A stretch of 63,887 nucleotides of DNA, counting the filler, from Basidioascus undulatus (taxonomy: Eukaryota): NCBI GenBank assembly GCA_000826855.1. It is 4 parts of 4 records of this genome, joined end to end, with 100 filler letters (N's around TTAATTAATTAA, not from the genome) between each part and the next. Parts side by side here need not be neighbours in the genome. Positions count along the whole stretch, not along the records: positions 1 to 15,931 come from JTLS01000616.1; 3 more parts are not named here. One strand, 5' to 3'. Position 1 is the stretch's first letter, and each line of letters starts with the position of its first letter. A program made the translations under genes and the position numbers. Positions 1 to 12,457 of the stretch are shown piece by piece. Under the pieces are notes generated by a model. The model ran no database searches. It saw nothing but the letters and a program-made list of their open reading frames with translations, and was not told where the DNA came from.

Positions 1-1625
1 CGCTCTCGCAGGCAAGGACACCTGGGAGGACGACTTCCTGATCGCCCGCCGCAGTACGTCTTCTTCCTTTTCCCGCCAAACATCCTCCCCACCCAATTAA
101 AGTGACTTCTCATGCACTGTCGCTCGGGCTTGAGTTCAAGTGCTGGTGAGTTTCTGCTCCTTCTTTACGGCCAATGAAGAGTATTTTTTCGCGTCCTAGC
201 CTCCGGGCGAAGCCGATCTCAAAAAATCAAAGACAAGCATATGACTGAGGCCTCCCACCGCTACTTATCCACGCTTTGCGCCTACCCAAGCGCACAAAAC
301 AAGAAGCTGACGTTGCCTACAGACCTTTCTCACAGATGAAGATGCACCGCCATCCCTAAGCGCACCCTTGCTGGTTGTTCTCGCTGAGCGAGGTGAGTTG
401 CTTTCAACCTAGATGTATGCGTGCAGGGCGGAGAGAGAGCGGACCGGGATGATGTTGCTCTTTATTCTTCACTTTCTCACGGAGCGCCGAGGAGGATGCT
501 CGCTGGAGACAACAATTGACATTTGACACACTTTTCTGAACCGGTCGCTTCCTCTGATCCTTGCACGCTGCCACCCAAGCTGAAGTACCACTAGGCTGAC
601 CTGCTACGGTAGTTTCACAGGTGCCGACAGTAGGACTCCTCCCCACAGGGTGGACGATGGAGGATGCGTCCTAGCAGGGGGGCAGGGTGTCCCCGGGGAG
701 GGGAGGAGATGGGGGGGAGGTTGTCTCGATGAGTGAGTTGCACTTCCTTAGCTAGATGCCACTGTACGCAGCGCTCCGAAGCGTGCATTGCTGTTGCCCG
801 TTGAGCGCTAGTGTTGGCTCCAGCTGATTTGGCACAGGGTAAGACGCGCGGAGGGCCCGATGATGAGCATTTGCACGCTAAGGCGTCCTCCCAAAAGGAG
901 GGCGCCGATGACCCATCTTATTATACCCAAATTTCTGACGGGCCCTCCGTCGCGTCTTGATGACCGTCCCCGTGTTGAGAACAGCGCGCTGACTTTGTCC
1001 TCTTTCCTTTAGTGCTTGGTGTCGTCACGATGTAGTTCACATGAATACATGAATTCAATGACTGCTTGTGGCATGAGTGGAGCGCAGGTCAAGGCTTTGC
1101 CGCATCACGGTGTCCACAGTAATGTTAATATTTAGCTCGATAGCATTCCGCCGCATCAAGGTGTTGGCGAGAGCACTCGAAGCGGGCGGGCAGCGCAGAG
1201 CGTCGGCGAACGGCAAACAGGCGAAAGACGATGCGATGCAAGTTGATGCGAGCGCTACAACACCCTGTAACCTTCGTCTTCCGCTCGTTAACATACCATT
1301 CGTATTCCCTCGGGAATTTTACATGCGGCTACCTGCCGGATTTCGATGCGAGCAAACCGTGCTGCGGTTCGTCGCTGTCGAGGCGTCTGCAGTGTTGTCA
1401 GTGTGTCCGCGCCCGAAGTAGAGCGGAGCCTCCGCTACTGACCGAGGTCATTTGAAAGTTCTGTTTCCCATATGAGATCGCCTTGGACTGAACGAATGAT
1501 TAGTGATTCGAAGGAACCAACCCAATGGAACAGAGCGTTGCGGAAGCGGAACCAAAGCCTGCACCGTCGATGACACCGGCCCAAAAAACCCTCAACTGGG
1601 AAGGCCCACCCTCTCCCAGCTCAGT

Positions 1626-4600
1626 CTACTCAACCGCCCTCATCTGAAATATGGAGCCCAACAGAAGATGTGAGTGATTCCTCCGGGCCTGATTCGGGAA
1701 GCAGGGATGTCTCCAAGTTCTCTTCTTCAAAGTGACACGCAGGCGCCATTGCATCGATCCGTGGGGCGTCAGATGGTGCTTCTTGACCTTATCTACACTG
1801 ACCAGCGTCTTCTTCCAAGAATTCCTCGTCTCGGAGATCACCCGCTAATGTATACGGCATCCGGATGTACAGATGCCGCAGGGCGGTTGAGGGGGATGTG
1901 GGACGACGTTCAGGAACCCCCGTCGTTGTACGCCTCGCGGCAACCCGGTGATGCTCGTAGTGGTACTTGCACGGCTCCGACGCGTGTTGGACGATGTGCT
2001 CATCTTGGTCTTCCTGAAGAACCGTGACATCCAATGCCATCATCGCCGTCCTCAATTTTGCTTCAGGCTGATGCCCACATGTGTACCCTGTCGCTGCCCA
2101 GCCGTCTCAGTGGTTTGATTTCGGTGAGTGGTTCAACAATGAAGGTGTTGGTAGAGGCTTGCTTGATGTGTCTTTGCGCTTCCACGGATGGCGGCGTCCT
2201 TGACTGAGCCGCCAGATGGTGTCCGTTTACCCACTTGAATATTGCTGAACGCACCCCTCGACTTCACGTCTGACTCCAATCTTCGACTCGACTTACCGAA
2301 CTCCTAGATTTTTTCCCAGACTTTGACAAGGCATCTTCTGTAGCAGGACATACCGTGCGTCCCTCGCCCTGCTTTCTGAGATGCAACGTTCCTGGATGTG
2401 CACCGACTCGCAGATTGCGCATCAGCGGTCCCAAGGACTTGCAATGGCGCTGAAAAAACTACATGGAATCTCGTTAATACTGATATTCTTCAGCCTCTGC
2501 CTCTTTCGCCCTGCCTAAATCGGAAGCTGAGCAGCTGATCGGCTGAGCCGTTCTTCATGCCTTAGCAGAATGTTGCAGCAAGCGTCTGCGTCGTGGTGGG
2601 ATAGCCAAGTGCGCGGGTGATTGATTATATTGAAGATCGAGCAAATGGCTGCTCAGAGAGGGGCCTCGGATTGTTCAATATACTCGCTCATACTGCAGCC
2701 GGCATTCTAGAGAAATGCACGCGCTACAATGATGCACGCTATTCTACCTTTCTCCACTCATGACGGCTACTCTGTTTCCCCACACCTGATCACCAAAAGC
2801 CTGAAACATGGACTGGTATCATGGCCACAGGTATATCTCGCCCGTTCACTTTCGAGGGAGGTGAGTCGTATCCGCACTGCTCCCGGCGCCCTACAGAAAA
2901 CAGTGATTATCCTTGCATGAGTGTCTTGCACTACGACCTGCCCAATGCAGGTCCACATGGTGCTTTAGTATTATGATAGTAGATCATGTAGGCCGTTCAA
3001 TGAAATGCTGGGGCAGTGTACGCTGACAATCGCACTTGCCGGTTGCTCTTTCTAGCTCAGCCAGCTCAGCCTCAGCACGCAACGGTGAGTCCTCCCGAAA
3101 GACGTCGGTGATCAATGATCAGAATTTTTGTACTCTCTTCCGGAACGTCGTGGGGCGCTGTCCTCCGCGTGTTGTCGAGATCAACCTCCTCCGTGTCGGT
3201 GAAGGTCACATCCTGCATGCAACAGTATGGCATTTGGCGGGAGCAACGCTGACGAGTTCGCGCATAGTGCATTCCCTCTTGTTGGAATTCACGAGCAATT
3301 TGAAGTAACCATCACTTCATCCAAACAATGCATGTCCGTGTGCTTTTTGAATGCTTGTGCTGCCACTCACGTACAGGCAACGCGTGGAGGGCGGCGAGAA
3401 GCTGCATTGGATAATGAGTGTCTGCAGTCCCAAAGTCCCGGTATCTTTATAGACTCGTCAGTACCGATGAAGTCTACTAATCCATGCTTCTGGAGAGACA
3501 CGGCCCTGCGCAGGCGTAGACCCGGAGGTCCGATAAGCGTTCAGCACGCCCAGGCTTGAGGACCGTTTTTCCCCTCGTCGTCGCGTGTTCATCTTGAACT
3601 GCTCGCTATGTCACAGGCCTCCTCACGGTCTCTGGTTGCACGGATACATTATGAAATTTTGCATGCTCAATCGTGACACGACCCACTCCATAGCTTTGGA
3701 CCCAAAAGCAAGTACCGTCATGAACAGCGCCAGACCCCTGCCGATGGCCGTTTTCTCCTCCGCGACTGGAACGTTCCCACTCGCCTCTTTCACTATTCTT
3801 CGCATCACAGCCTCTAGCGGCCCGTCCTGAGCTCGACATGTGGATCCGAGGACGCGCTCTCCAATAACACCATCAAGACAGATCAGCGCCAACAGGAAGT
3901 CGAAGTGCCTGTCAACGCTTCGTGTAGAGGCCTCGGCGACGGCGCGCGAAAAGTAGTAATGGAGAAGTTTAATAGACCTTCCCATGAATATGAGAGAGGC
4001 TGGATGCCCTGAGGGAGCTGGAAATGCTCGAGGGTGGTGTGCATAGCCAGAGAAGCGTCAGGAGTGGGGTGAGATTCGGTTGAGAGATCAGTGCGCTGAC
4101 TCGCACCGTGGCCATAAAAGGTTCCCCATAATCAGGCCCATCCTACTATCGGAACGATGTGAAGGGGACTGTGTGAACTCACCCACGGAATCATCCACTG
4201 AAGTCGTTGTTTGCCCCCTCGACATAACAACACATCAGAATCCCAATCACTTCCACACTTTTCACGTGCACGATAGACTCTCGATGGTTCCAAAGCTGTT
4301 AAAACATATCTACATCCCACTAAGCTACACGTCCAGCTCTCGAGCAGGAGGGACCATGCGTACAGTGTCAATGAGAGCGGGAAAGTATCGTGGAACATGC
4401 TCAGCACCGCTTCAGCGAAAGACGAAGTCGCTGCCCGCAGAGCCTTGCTGAGCGAAAGGACCAGCATCCAAAAAGGTATATCGTATGTAACAGTCGTACG
4501 GCAGTTCTTATACGTCGGGCATTGCCACCACTTGACTGAAAGCTGGTGTGTACCTAGCGACGCAAACACGCAGGGCATTGGTCGCGTCCCCTCACGCTCA

Positions 4601-4930
4601 TCCTCAGCAGGAAGCGCTGCACGAGTACTGTGGGAACACCTGCAGAGAACAGTCCTTCCTGAGTGGTGGCCCAGCTCTTTAGATGTCCGGGGAGCACCGG
4701 CGGTAGCCTTGCTCCAGCTCACATTGATCTCGTCGTCGTTGAGTCCCTGGGCAAGAGCCTTCAGCAGAGGGAAGTCCTGATAGCCATCAAAGACGAACGA
4801 GGCGAGCTGAGAGAGACGTTGTGGGGTTCATGCTTGACGAGGCGCGTCGCTTCTTTGTAGGCAATTTTGGACGGAAGGGGAAGAGGACAACCGCAGTTCG
4901 TGCCGTTGAAGTGGTCGTTGCTTGCGATGG
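1626..4930 (-). pseudogene. Decayed Cys-rich coding relic, possibly transposon-derived
   Basis: Broken minus-strand frames with protein-like segments (CVFASLGTHQLSVKWWQCPTYKNCRTTVTYD; HFDFLLALICLDGVI) and several TGA stops compatible with CGA>TGA decay. Family not securely recognised and boundaries approximate. Confidence 0.25.
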
Positions 4931-5310
4931 AGCTCAAAATCGGGTGGTTCGGGGTGGGGAGGACGCTGCTTTTGGGAGGTAAACTCGATGATGGTGGAAC
5001 GGAACGAAGAGGAGAGGCCGGGCGGGCCGTCGTGTAGAGCCGCAGGCGAACGCGGACGTATATCGCGCAGACCGGACTATATCGTGAATGTGGCCAGATG
5101 TTCTGAACATTGTGCACTCTGTACATAATGCAAATATATGCCAATGAGAGAATACGCGAAAGCACACATGGGTTCTCGTTACTTGGGTCTGGCGTTATCG
5201 CATACTGGTACACAAGGACTGCGGACGCTCAGCCTGCGGCTCGATGCAATCAATTCTCTCCAGCATTGCCCACTCCCTGTACCTCTGCTATTTCCCCCAC
5301 AAGCTACTCG

Positions 5311-6822
5311 TCAAGCTTTGATTGAATAAGAAAAGGCGACAGGAAGGTCGCCGTGTGCCCGCGCGTATTCTGCGTGAACGTCGGCTTGCAAGGCTTTCAG
5401 TTCGGCTTCAGAGTGTCCAGAACCCACGAGGGTAGGCATGAGAGCCCTATGGAAGCAAGAGGTAGGTCAAGTCCCAGTAAGAAGCGGATAAAGGAAGTCG
5501 AGGTCACGCACGGAATGGCAGACTCCACGTCGAGCATGGTGAGACGGCCGACTTCCTTCAGGCGTGCGTCTGTTGGTCATAGCCATATCAGCCACACGGT
5601 TATGAGAAGTTCGTTTAAGAACAAACTCACCAGTGTGCCACTCGCCGATAGGGATTCGCTCGAAGCGAGTTTCGCTCTGCCGGATGATCTTCTCCGCCTC
5701 GAGCTTGCCGAAGTATTGGGTGACTGGAGGTACCAGGCTTGTAAGAAAGAAGACTGCGAATGACGAAGAAGTTACTTGGTTTTACGTACTTCTCGAGATC
5801 ACGGACAAGTCAATTCCACGCTTTTCCCACATGCCCAAGACGCTCTTCCAGAGCTTTTCTGACGCGGGGCCGTTGGCTTGCGACGATTCCTGGACGACCC
5901 CGAGGTTCGGCTCAATGTTGAGGAGCACGCCTCCAGGGCGCAGAAGCCGCAAGCAGCCCCGGATGAGCGCGTGCCAATCGGTGATCTGGTGAATATTTTT
6001 GGACGCTCAGCGTGCTTCAAATCTATGTAAGGCTGCCACTCACTCCGAGGACGAGGAAGCGGACGTGAACGACGTCAAAAGAGCCTTCAAGGAAACGATC
6101 GAGCTCTTTGGTCACATCACACAGCTCAAAGGAGAGGTTGGGAGGGGCGTCCCTAACCAGCAGCAAGTCAATGCTCTGCACTTGCCCAGAAGCTCGCAAT
6201 GAAAAGACGTACTCCCGCTTCACCGGCACGAAGTCGATGCCGGTGACTTTCGTAGTGCTGAACTGTTGGGCCATTTGGACAGCCCTGTTGGCAGAGGTAA
6301 GCAAACCGAGGCTCAAGACCTGAAAGAGACAGAAAAGGGCACACCAGGTTCCAGAGCCTGTCCCGACGTCCCTGTAGCCAAATCCAAAGGTCAGAAGCGA
6401 GAAACCGGCTGGTGTATGTGTGAAGACTTACAAAATCTGGGGCTGTGTCCCTTTCTCGAGCTGGCGCTTGACTACATCCTCCACGGGACCGAAGTAGAGT
6501 TTCTCAAGGTACAAGCAAATGGCCTGATGCTGTCGAGCGGCAAGAGGCGTGAGGGCCTTACGCTGGACCCAGCTGAACTGACTGGTCCCTTACCTGAACG
6601 TCGAGCCGCTTGAGTTCCTCATCTGGAGGAAGGGTCTGTTAAAGTCGCCTGAAAAATGTCGGAATGCAATTATCGACTTACCGTCATTCGGAAGGTGGTA
6701 TACCTGGTTGGTGTTTTGGAACCTGCGGCCTGCGACGCGGATGAACACATCGAATCTCATCATTGGGAGGCATAAGCGAACCTACCTTGATCATAGCGAT
6801 AGATGTCCTCGATGCTCGTCAT
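5311..6822 (-). CDS. Class I SAM-dependent methyltransferase (LaeA-like fungal family), multi-exon
   Basis: Spliced translation MTSIEDIYRYDQ...YHLPND...DVGTGSGTW (SAM motif I)...KVTGIDF...NLSFELCDV...SFDVVHVRFL...LLRPGGVLL, ending YSIKA-TGA, with GT-AG introns. Confidence 0.85.
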
Positions 6823-8432
6823 TTCGATGGTTCTGAAGTAGGAGGGGGTTGTGAAGTGATGGGGAGATGATAGAGATGAGGGATGAAGCAGCTCCGGTCG
6901 CTTTATAGACGCACGGCAGCGCACGCGGCGTTACACCTTGGGTTCGCTGAGCTTGAGCTAGTCTATGCGTCGAGGCGGGGATGGCAGCCCCGTGACCCTA
7001 GCACTTATGTGCGGCGCCCGAGATGAGCACAATAGCGATGTTACGTTGCAGAGATTGTGCGCGAGCGCAGAAAGATACGCTTCTTGGCCGACCAGAAAAT
7101 AGGAATAACCTGACACACGCAAGCGCTGTAGTCACGCGCTGTGTCGCTGCGGCTATCTTTTGCAACATGATCGATGCATTCGTCTGTACATTGCGCGTTT
7201 AGAAAGTACATTAGCTGTAGCAAGTGAACCTTTGCGGCGGTTGGGCGTTGCGACGTGTCGGCTGGGCACCGAGTTGCAAGTTGACCGGCACAGTGCTCGA
7301 GGAGAAAAGGAAGAGCCTGGCCAGTTATCGCAGAACGCATGCTATGAAACTAAATTACTTCCTCCAGTAAGTGTTCTGTAGGAAACGAATCGTGATCCAG
7401 TGAGCACGCCTATACCCAACGAACGTGTCAGCCTAAGTAATCCTGTACGGTGAGAACGTCTTGCCATAAAGTGGGACCGCGTAAGCAGCCGTAACGCCTC
7501 AGAGATTTCCAGTGTGTTTCGACGAGGTTATGCGCATGTGGCGTCCCCATCAGGAAACCTGCTTGCAAAAGAACGCAGCTATTCGCTTCATGGGCGTGCT
7601 TTGCGGCTCCTGAATCCGAGCAAGTAGAGAAAAGACTCACTTGCTTTTGAGCGGACGAGCTCAGCCCTGCTTTCTCTGGAGGAAGCGTTCAACCTCCATT
7701 TATTCTCGAGAATGAGGCACCACTCCGAAAGAACGTTAATCGAGCGAATTAGGAAGGGGAACGATTGATACTTGTTTACCGTTCGCCAGCCCCTTGAGGA
7801 CCCGCCGCAGATGACGAGTCAACGGAGCATCCAGTCGAACGTTTCATTATTTATTCTTCCCCCTCAGAGAGGTACAAAAGAGCTCACCTCGCTCAGCACG
7901 AACTTCCCATCCGTACCTATAACGAGGCATGCCAGCCGCCCAACGATGCCGAATCGAACGTCAGCGTACTTGTTCTCTGAGTCGTGATATGGGATGGAGG
8001 GGAGAGGGCGACCCAATATTCAGTAATCTCAAGTAGTTTCGTGCTTATTCGCCATGAGCACCTCGCTGCTAGCCTCGAGAGGAGGGCTTGGGACTTAAGA
8101 ATTGTGACATCCAGCGTGGTCGACCTTCTCGTTGTTCTGAATGAGAATGACGAGCAAAGGCTCACCAGGAGGAATATATGGCTGGGTGGGTTGAGAGACC
8201 AGTGAAGAGGTCAAGGCTGATCTTTTCAGGTCGACCGGGAAGCCTGCAGTCTCAGCATCCGCACTTCCAACTTTCAATGACGCTGCGCAGTGCCACTCGC
8301 CCAACAGATCGCTCTATTCCTCACCAAAAACACAATAAAGTGAATAACACCACCTTCTCTTCACATCCCGATCTACCCCCAACGCAGCCCCCGCTTATCC
8401 TCTTCGCCAATCTCCTTCCCCACTCTTCACGC

Positions 8433-8772
8433 CTACCTCTTCCCCTCCCCCTCCTCCGTCCCAGGCGTAACGACCTCCGGCTCCCGCCACGGTCCAAACA
8501 CCCTCCTGCTCGGTCTCGGTTTGGTGGGCGGGCCGGGCCCAAGCGGCTGCTCGCGCACGCGCGCGCTGCCCTCCTCGTCCGGGTCGCCCTCCTCCACGAG
8601 CGCGATGTAGGGGAGCGCCGGGTCGTACTCTGGGTCGGGGGTGTCTACTGCTCGGAACCCATCGTTTGGAACGCCGTCGTTTTAGTCATTGGGAGCTTTG
8701 GGTGAAGTTGGGAGAGGACGCACATCCACCTTCTGCTTCGAGCCTCTGGATCCACTCCGGCGTGTCAGGCAT
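8433..8772 (-). CDS. Small acidic hypothetical protein, one intron
   Basis: ATG in a CCACAGCGAC context, a GTGCGT...CAG intron and GC3-rich codons (DTPDPEYDPALPYIALVEEGDPDEEG). No recognised domain. Confidence 0.4.
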
Positions 8773-9438
8773 GTCGCTGTGGCTGGCGAGGGTGTGTGTC
8801 CGAGCTGCGTTGAGATAAAGTCACGGAGATTGCGAAGTGCAATGCAGAAGGTCCCACGCTTTCAGAGGTATCCCCAATTCCGGGCGACGGAGCCCTCGAC
8901 GCAGCGGCGAAAGCATGAGCGAGCTGTGTCCCGAGTCTGTTCACCCTGCCCTGTCCTCCCGTCGTCCCGTCAATGCAACGAAATCACATACCCAACGACA
9001 AGCAAACACATGCAGAAACAAGGCGTTAGATAAGATCGTTAATCACTAAGTAGTACAAGTATAATCATCAGAGGTCGTGGCAGATTGAGCGGGGTGGGGA
9101 TCGTGGGTGTGGATGTGTGATCGTAACGATGCAGGGGATGAGGAGGGGGGTGATGCTCAAAGCGGACCGATCGAAAGAGAAGAAAAGACGATCCAGAATA
9201 TCGCAAGACGAGAAGGGAAATGTGAGACGGGGAGAGATAGTCCAGGGGTATGCGATGCGAGCTTCCTCCACCATATAGAGATGACATAACAAAGCGAGAT
9301 CAGGTGAGATGGGAGAGGGGAATGCGTAGGTATAATTAAGGGGTGGTAAGTATTTCCCCGGGGGGGGGGGGTATGCGATCCTTGTGGGCACGAGTAGAAA
9401 GAGAAAAAGATGAAAGAAAAGCGAAGATCTCCTCCTCC

Positions 9439-12400
9439 TCAACTGCTCTTCTCCGCCTGCGCCCCGCGTCCGCCCACAAGTCTCTCAAGCTCCTCCCCCA
9501 TCGCCAGACTAAACCTTTTCTCGTTCTCCTCGCCCTCCGCAGCGGGGCTCGCCCTCGGCGTCGTAACCCTCGGCGCCGTAAGCACATGCCCGTGCGCCCT
9601 AGTCGTCGTGATCCCCGAGTCCAGCAAGACCGTCGCCAGATCCGGCGGACTCGTGCTCGCAACGAGGTTCGCGACGACGCGGTTCGCCTCGTCGTTGCTC
9701 ATCGGCAGCGAGGGGTGTGAGTCGGCGGAGGAGGAGGAAGGGGTGGGAGGAGGGAGGGGCGGCATCTCGGGGAATGGGAACGCGGGCGAGCCGGGCGTGG
9801 AGGCGATGGACAGGGAGGAGGTGGAGGTGCAGTATGAGGAGCGGGTGAGGGAGGGCGCTCGCGTGAGGGGCGGGTCGCGCGGGCGCACTTCGGCGGCGGA
9901 GGAACAAGAGGAGGGGGGGTCGGAAGAGAGCGTGGAGGTCGGGAGGAGCGTGGGGGACTCGGGCGGGAAGACTGCCTCGTAGCATGTGTCGCACGCGCGT
10001 GCGGGGCGCGGCTCGCCGCCGTCGTCGTTGGTGATGTCGAATGTCTGTTGCGGGAGAACATCATCAGCGACCCTACACCATCAGCGACCCTATCCCACGC
10101 ACAAGGGCGAGAAGGGAACGTGAAGGACGGAGAGGAAGGAAGAAGACGGGGAGAAGAGACGCACCCTCGTCGAGCACCAGTGACAAACCACCGCCCCACA
10201 CATCCGACAATGATGCTTTCTCCTCCACATCCCAAACACCTCCGCGCAGCTCATGCACGCGTTGGCCTTCTTATCCGGCACCCAAACCGGGGCGGCATAA
10301 TGCTCGACCACTCTCATCTTGCGCTCCGCCTTTTCCGGCGTGCGCAGCATCTCGACCCCCACGCCCGCGGCGCCGCGGGCGGCGCTGATGTCCACGCCCG
10401 AGAGCGTCCGCCCCCTGACCGCAGCGAGCGGGACAGCCGCCTGCGCTATCGCTTGCAGGGAGCGCCGGCGCAGGCGGCGCGTCCCGTCGTCGGGAAGGGA
10501 GGGGTGCGGAGGGGGGGCGTCGCTCGTCTTGAGCGTGCGGAGCGCAGAGAGGAGGTCGTTCTTTGCGCCCCGAATCGCGTCGAGCCACTCGTCTCGCTCT
10601 TCGGTCGATTCTGCGGCAAGAAGCGGGGCATGAGCATCACAGGTGTAGTTGGCTCAGCAAGGGGAGAGAGGAGGGCGAAGGAAGGGACGGCAGTGAAAGG
10701 GGGAGGCGGGAACGCACCCGTATAAACAGCAAAGCTCTTCTCCGAACTAATAACCTGGAAGCTCCTCCCCTGCCGTGCGCCCCCAAGCTCATCATCAACC
10801 CCGACAACCGTAATGTCCTCGAGGTCCAGCTTCCGATGGAACTGGTAGCTCTGCCCGGGCGCGGCAATGTCGATTGCGTTCCCCCTGCTGGCGCTTGGGA
10901 AGGGCAGGCTGGGGGTGTGCCTGTGCCTGGGGCCGGAGGAGGGCGTCGCGTTCGTCGAAGAAGACGAGGAGTTGGGGAGGCTTGTCGGGCGCGCAGGGGG
11001 GACGGGCGAAGTAGCCTGGGGAGAGATCGTATCCCCTACGGCGCTGGCGAGCCCGCCGACGTAGGACGTGGCGGAGGAGGACGAGCCGTACATGAGGCAG
11101 TCGTTAAAGAGGAAGAACGCGCGCGGCTCGTCGCGCTTCCTGCAGACCTTGGTGAGCCACCCAGCGCGGACGTGTGTCCGCCCAGGCACGAGGAGCGGTG
11201 CCGTCAGCCCGGAGAAGGAGCGCTGGAGCGTCAGGAGCGCGAGGGTCTGCGCGTGCTGCGCCACATGCGTGTTGATCGAGTTGGCGACTGCGAGCGGGCG
11301 AGCGAGAGTGAGCATGCGCGGGGAGATAGGAAAGTTGGGCAGAAAGATATAGGGTAGGGAGGATAGGGAAGAAGGCATACCGTCCGAGACAATCCCCACC
11401 GCTTTCCTCAATCCCTCCCACTCCTTCCCGCCCTCCTCCGTATACTTCAGAATCTGCTCAATCATCAAGCGGTACCTCGGCACGCGCTGGACGATCCCCA
11501 ACAACTTCGCGCCCAGCCCCAATCTCTCCCACTCGGCGCCGCCGCCGGACTCGGCGGCAGCCTTCTCGGCGGCGCGGACGAAGGACCCGAAGGCGGGGTT
11601 GGAGAGCGCGAGGGCGTGAAGGGCTGGCTGGGACGTCTGGAAGGAGCGTACGAAGGGCGTGTAGAGCTTGAGGAAGGGGAATAGCGCGAGGAAGGTCGGC
11701 GCGAGGGTGAGGGTGTCGCGCGCGCGCTGGGCTTCGGGGGAGGGGGGGAGGCAAGGGGAGAGATGCGTTTGCAGGGAGCGGAGGAGTTCCCGGTTCGTTT
11801 GGAGGATATCGAGAAAGTGCGGGAAGAGCGCGTCGATCGTTTTGCGCGGGAGAAGCGGTGCGGGGAGACGCGGGGGGAAGGGGGCGTCGGAGGAGGTCGT
11901 CAGGGATGTGGTGCTGCTGTCCGGGTTGTGGGCGGCTAGGAGGGGGGAGAGGAAGTACTGCAGATCCAACGACGCAAATGAGCGGGTAATTCTTGGGAAA
12001 TGATGGGAGAAGAACTCACCTCCCAAATACCCTCCAAATCGCGCACATAGCTCTGCTCAGTCTCGAGCAGTTCCAGCGCCGCCCTCCACCGCTTCTCCGC
12101 GCGCTCCTTCCTCAGCGCGGGGCTCATGCCCGCCTCCCTCCCCGCGCTCGTCAAGCTCCTCCTGACGGCACGCTGGCCCAGCGCAGGGCGGAGGGTTCCC
12201 GAGGGGCCCGTGGGGGGAGGACCAGGCGAGGCGGAGCGCGGGAACTCGAACGAGGCGGGCGAGTCCTCGGGCAGGGAGTCGAAGGACCTGATGCTGGATG
12301 TGGAGATGCGGTGTGTTGACGGCACGCTGGGCACGGAGGAGCGCCGGAAGGTCGTCGGGGGGGAGAGGATGCGGTGCGCGGACGTAGGGGGCGTGGGGCG

Positions 12401-12457
12401 CGAGGAGGTTGCCGAAGGGGGCTGGGCGGCGGGAGGGAGCGGCGAGGACACCGACAT
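9439..12457 (-). CDS. don1: DH-PH-FYVE Rho/Cdc42 GEF (FGD / Ustilago Don1-like)
   Basis: DH domain (ELLETEQSYVRDL...LLGIVQRVPRYRLMI), PH domain (GWLTKVCRKRDEPRAFFLFNDCLMYG...SSEKSFAVY) and FYVE domain (WVPDKKANACMSC...RRKHHCRMCGAVVCHWCS...RACDTCY). An alternative in-frame ATG lies at 12517. Confidence 0.88.
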
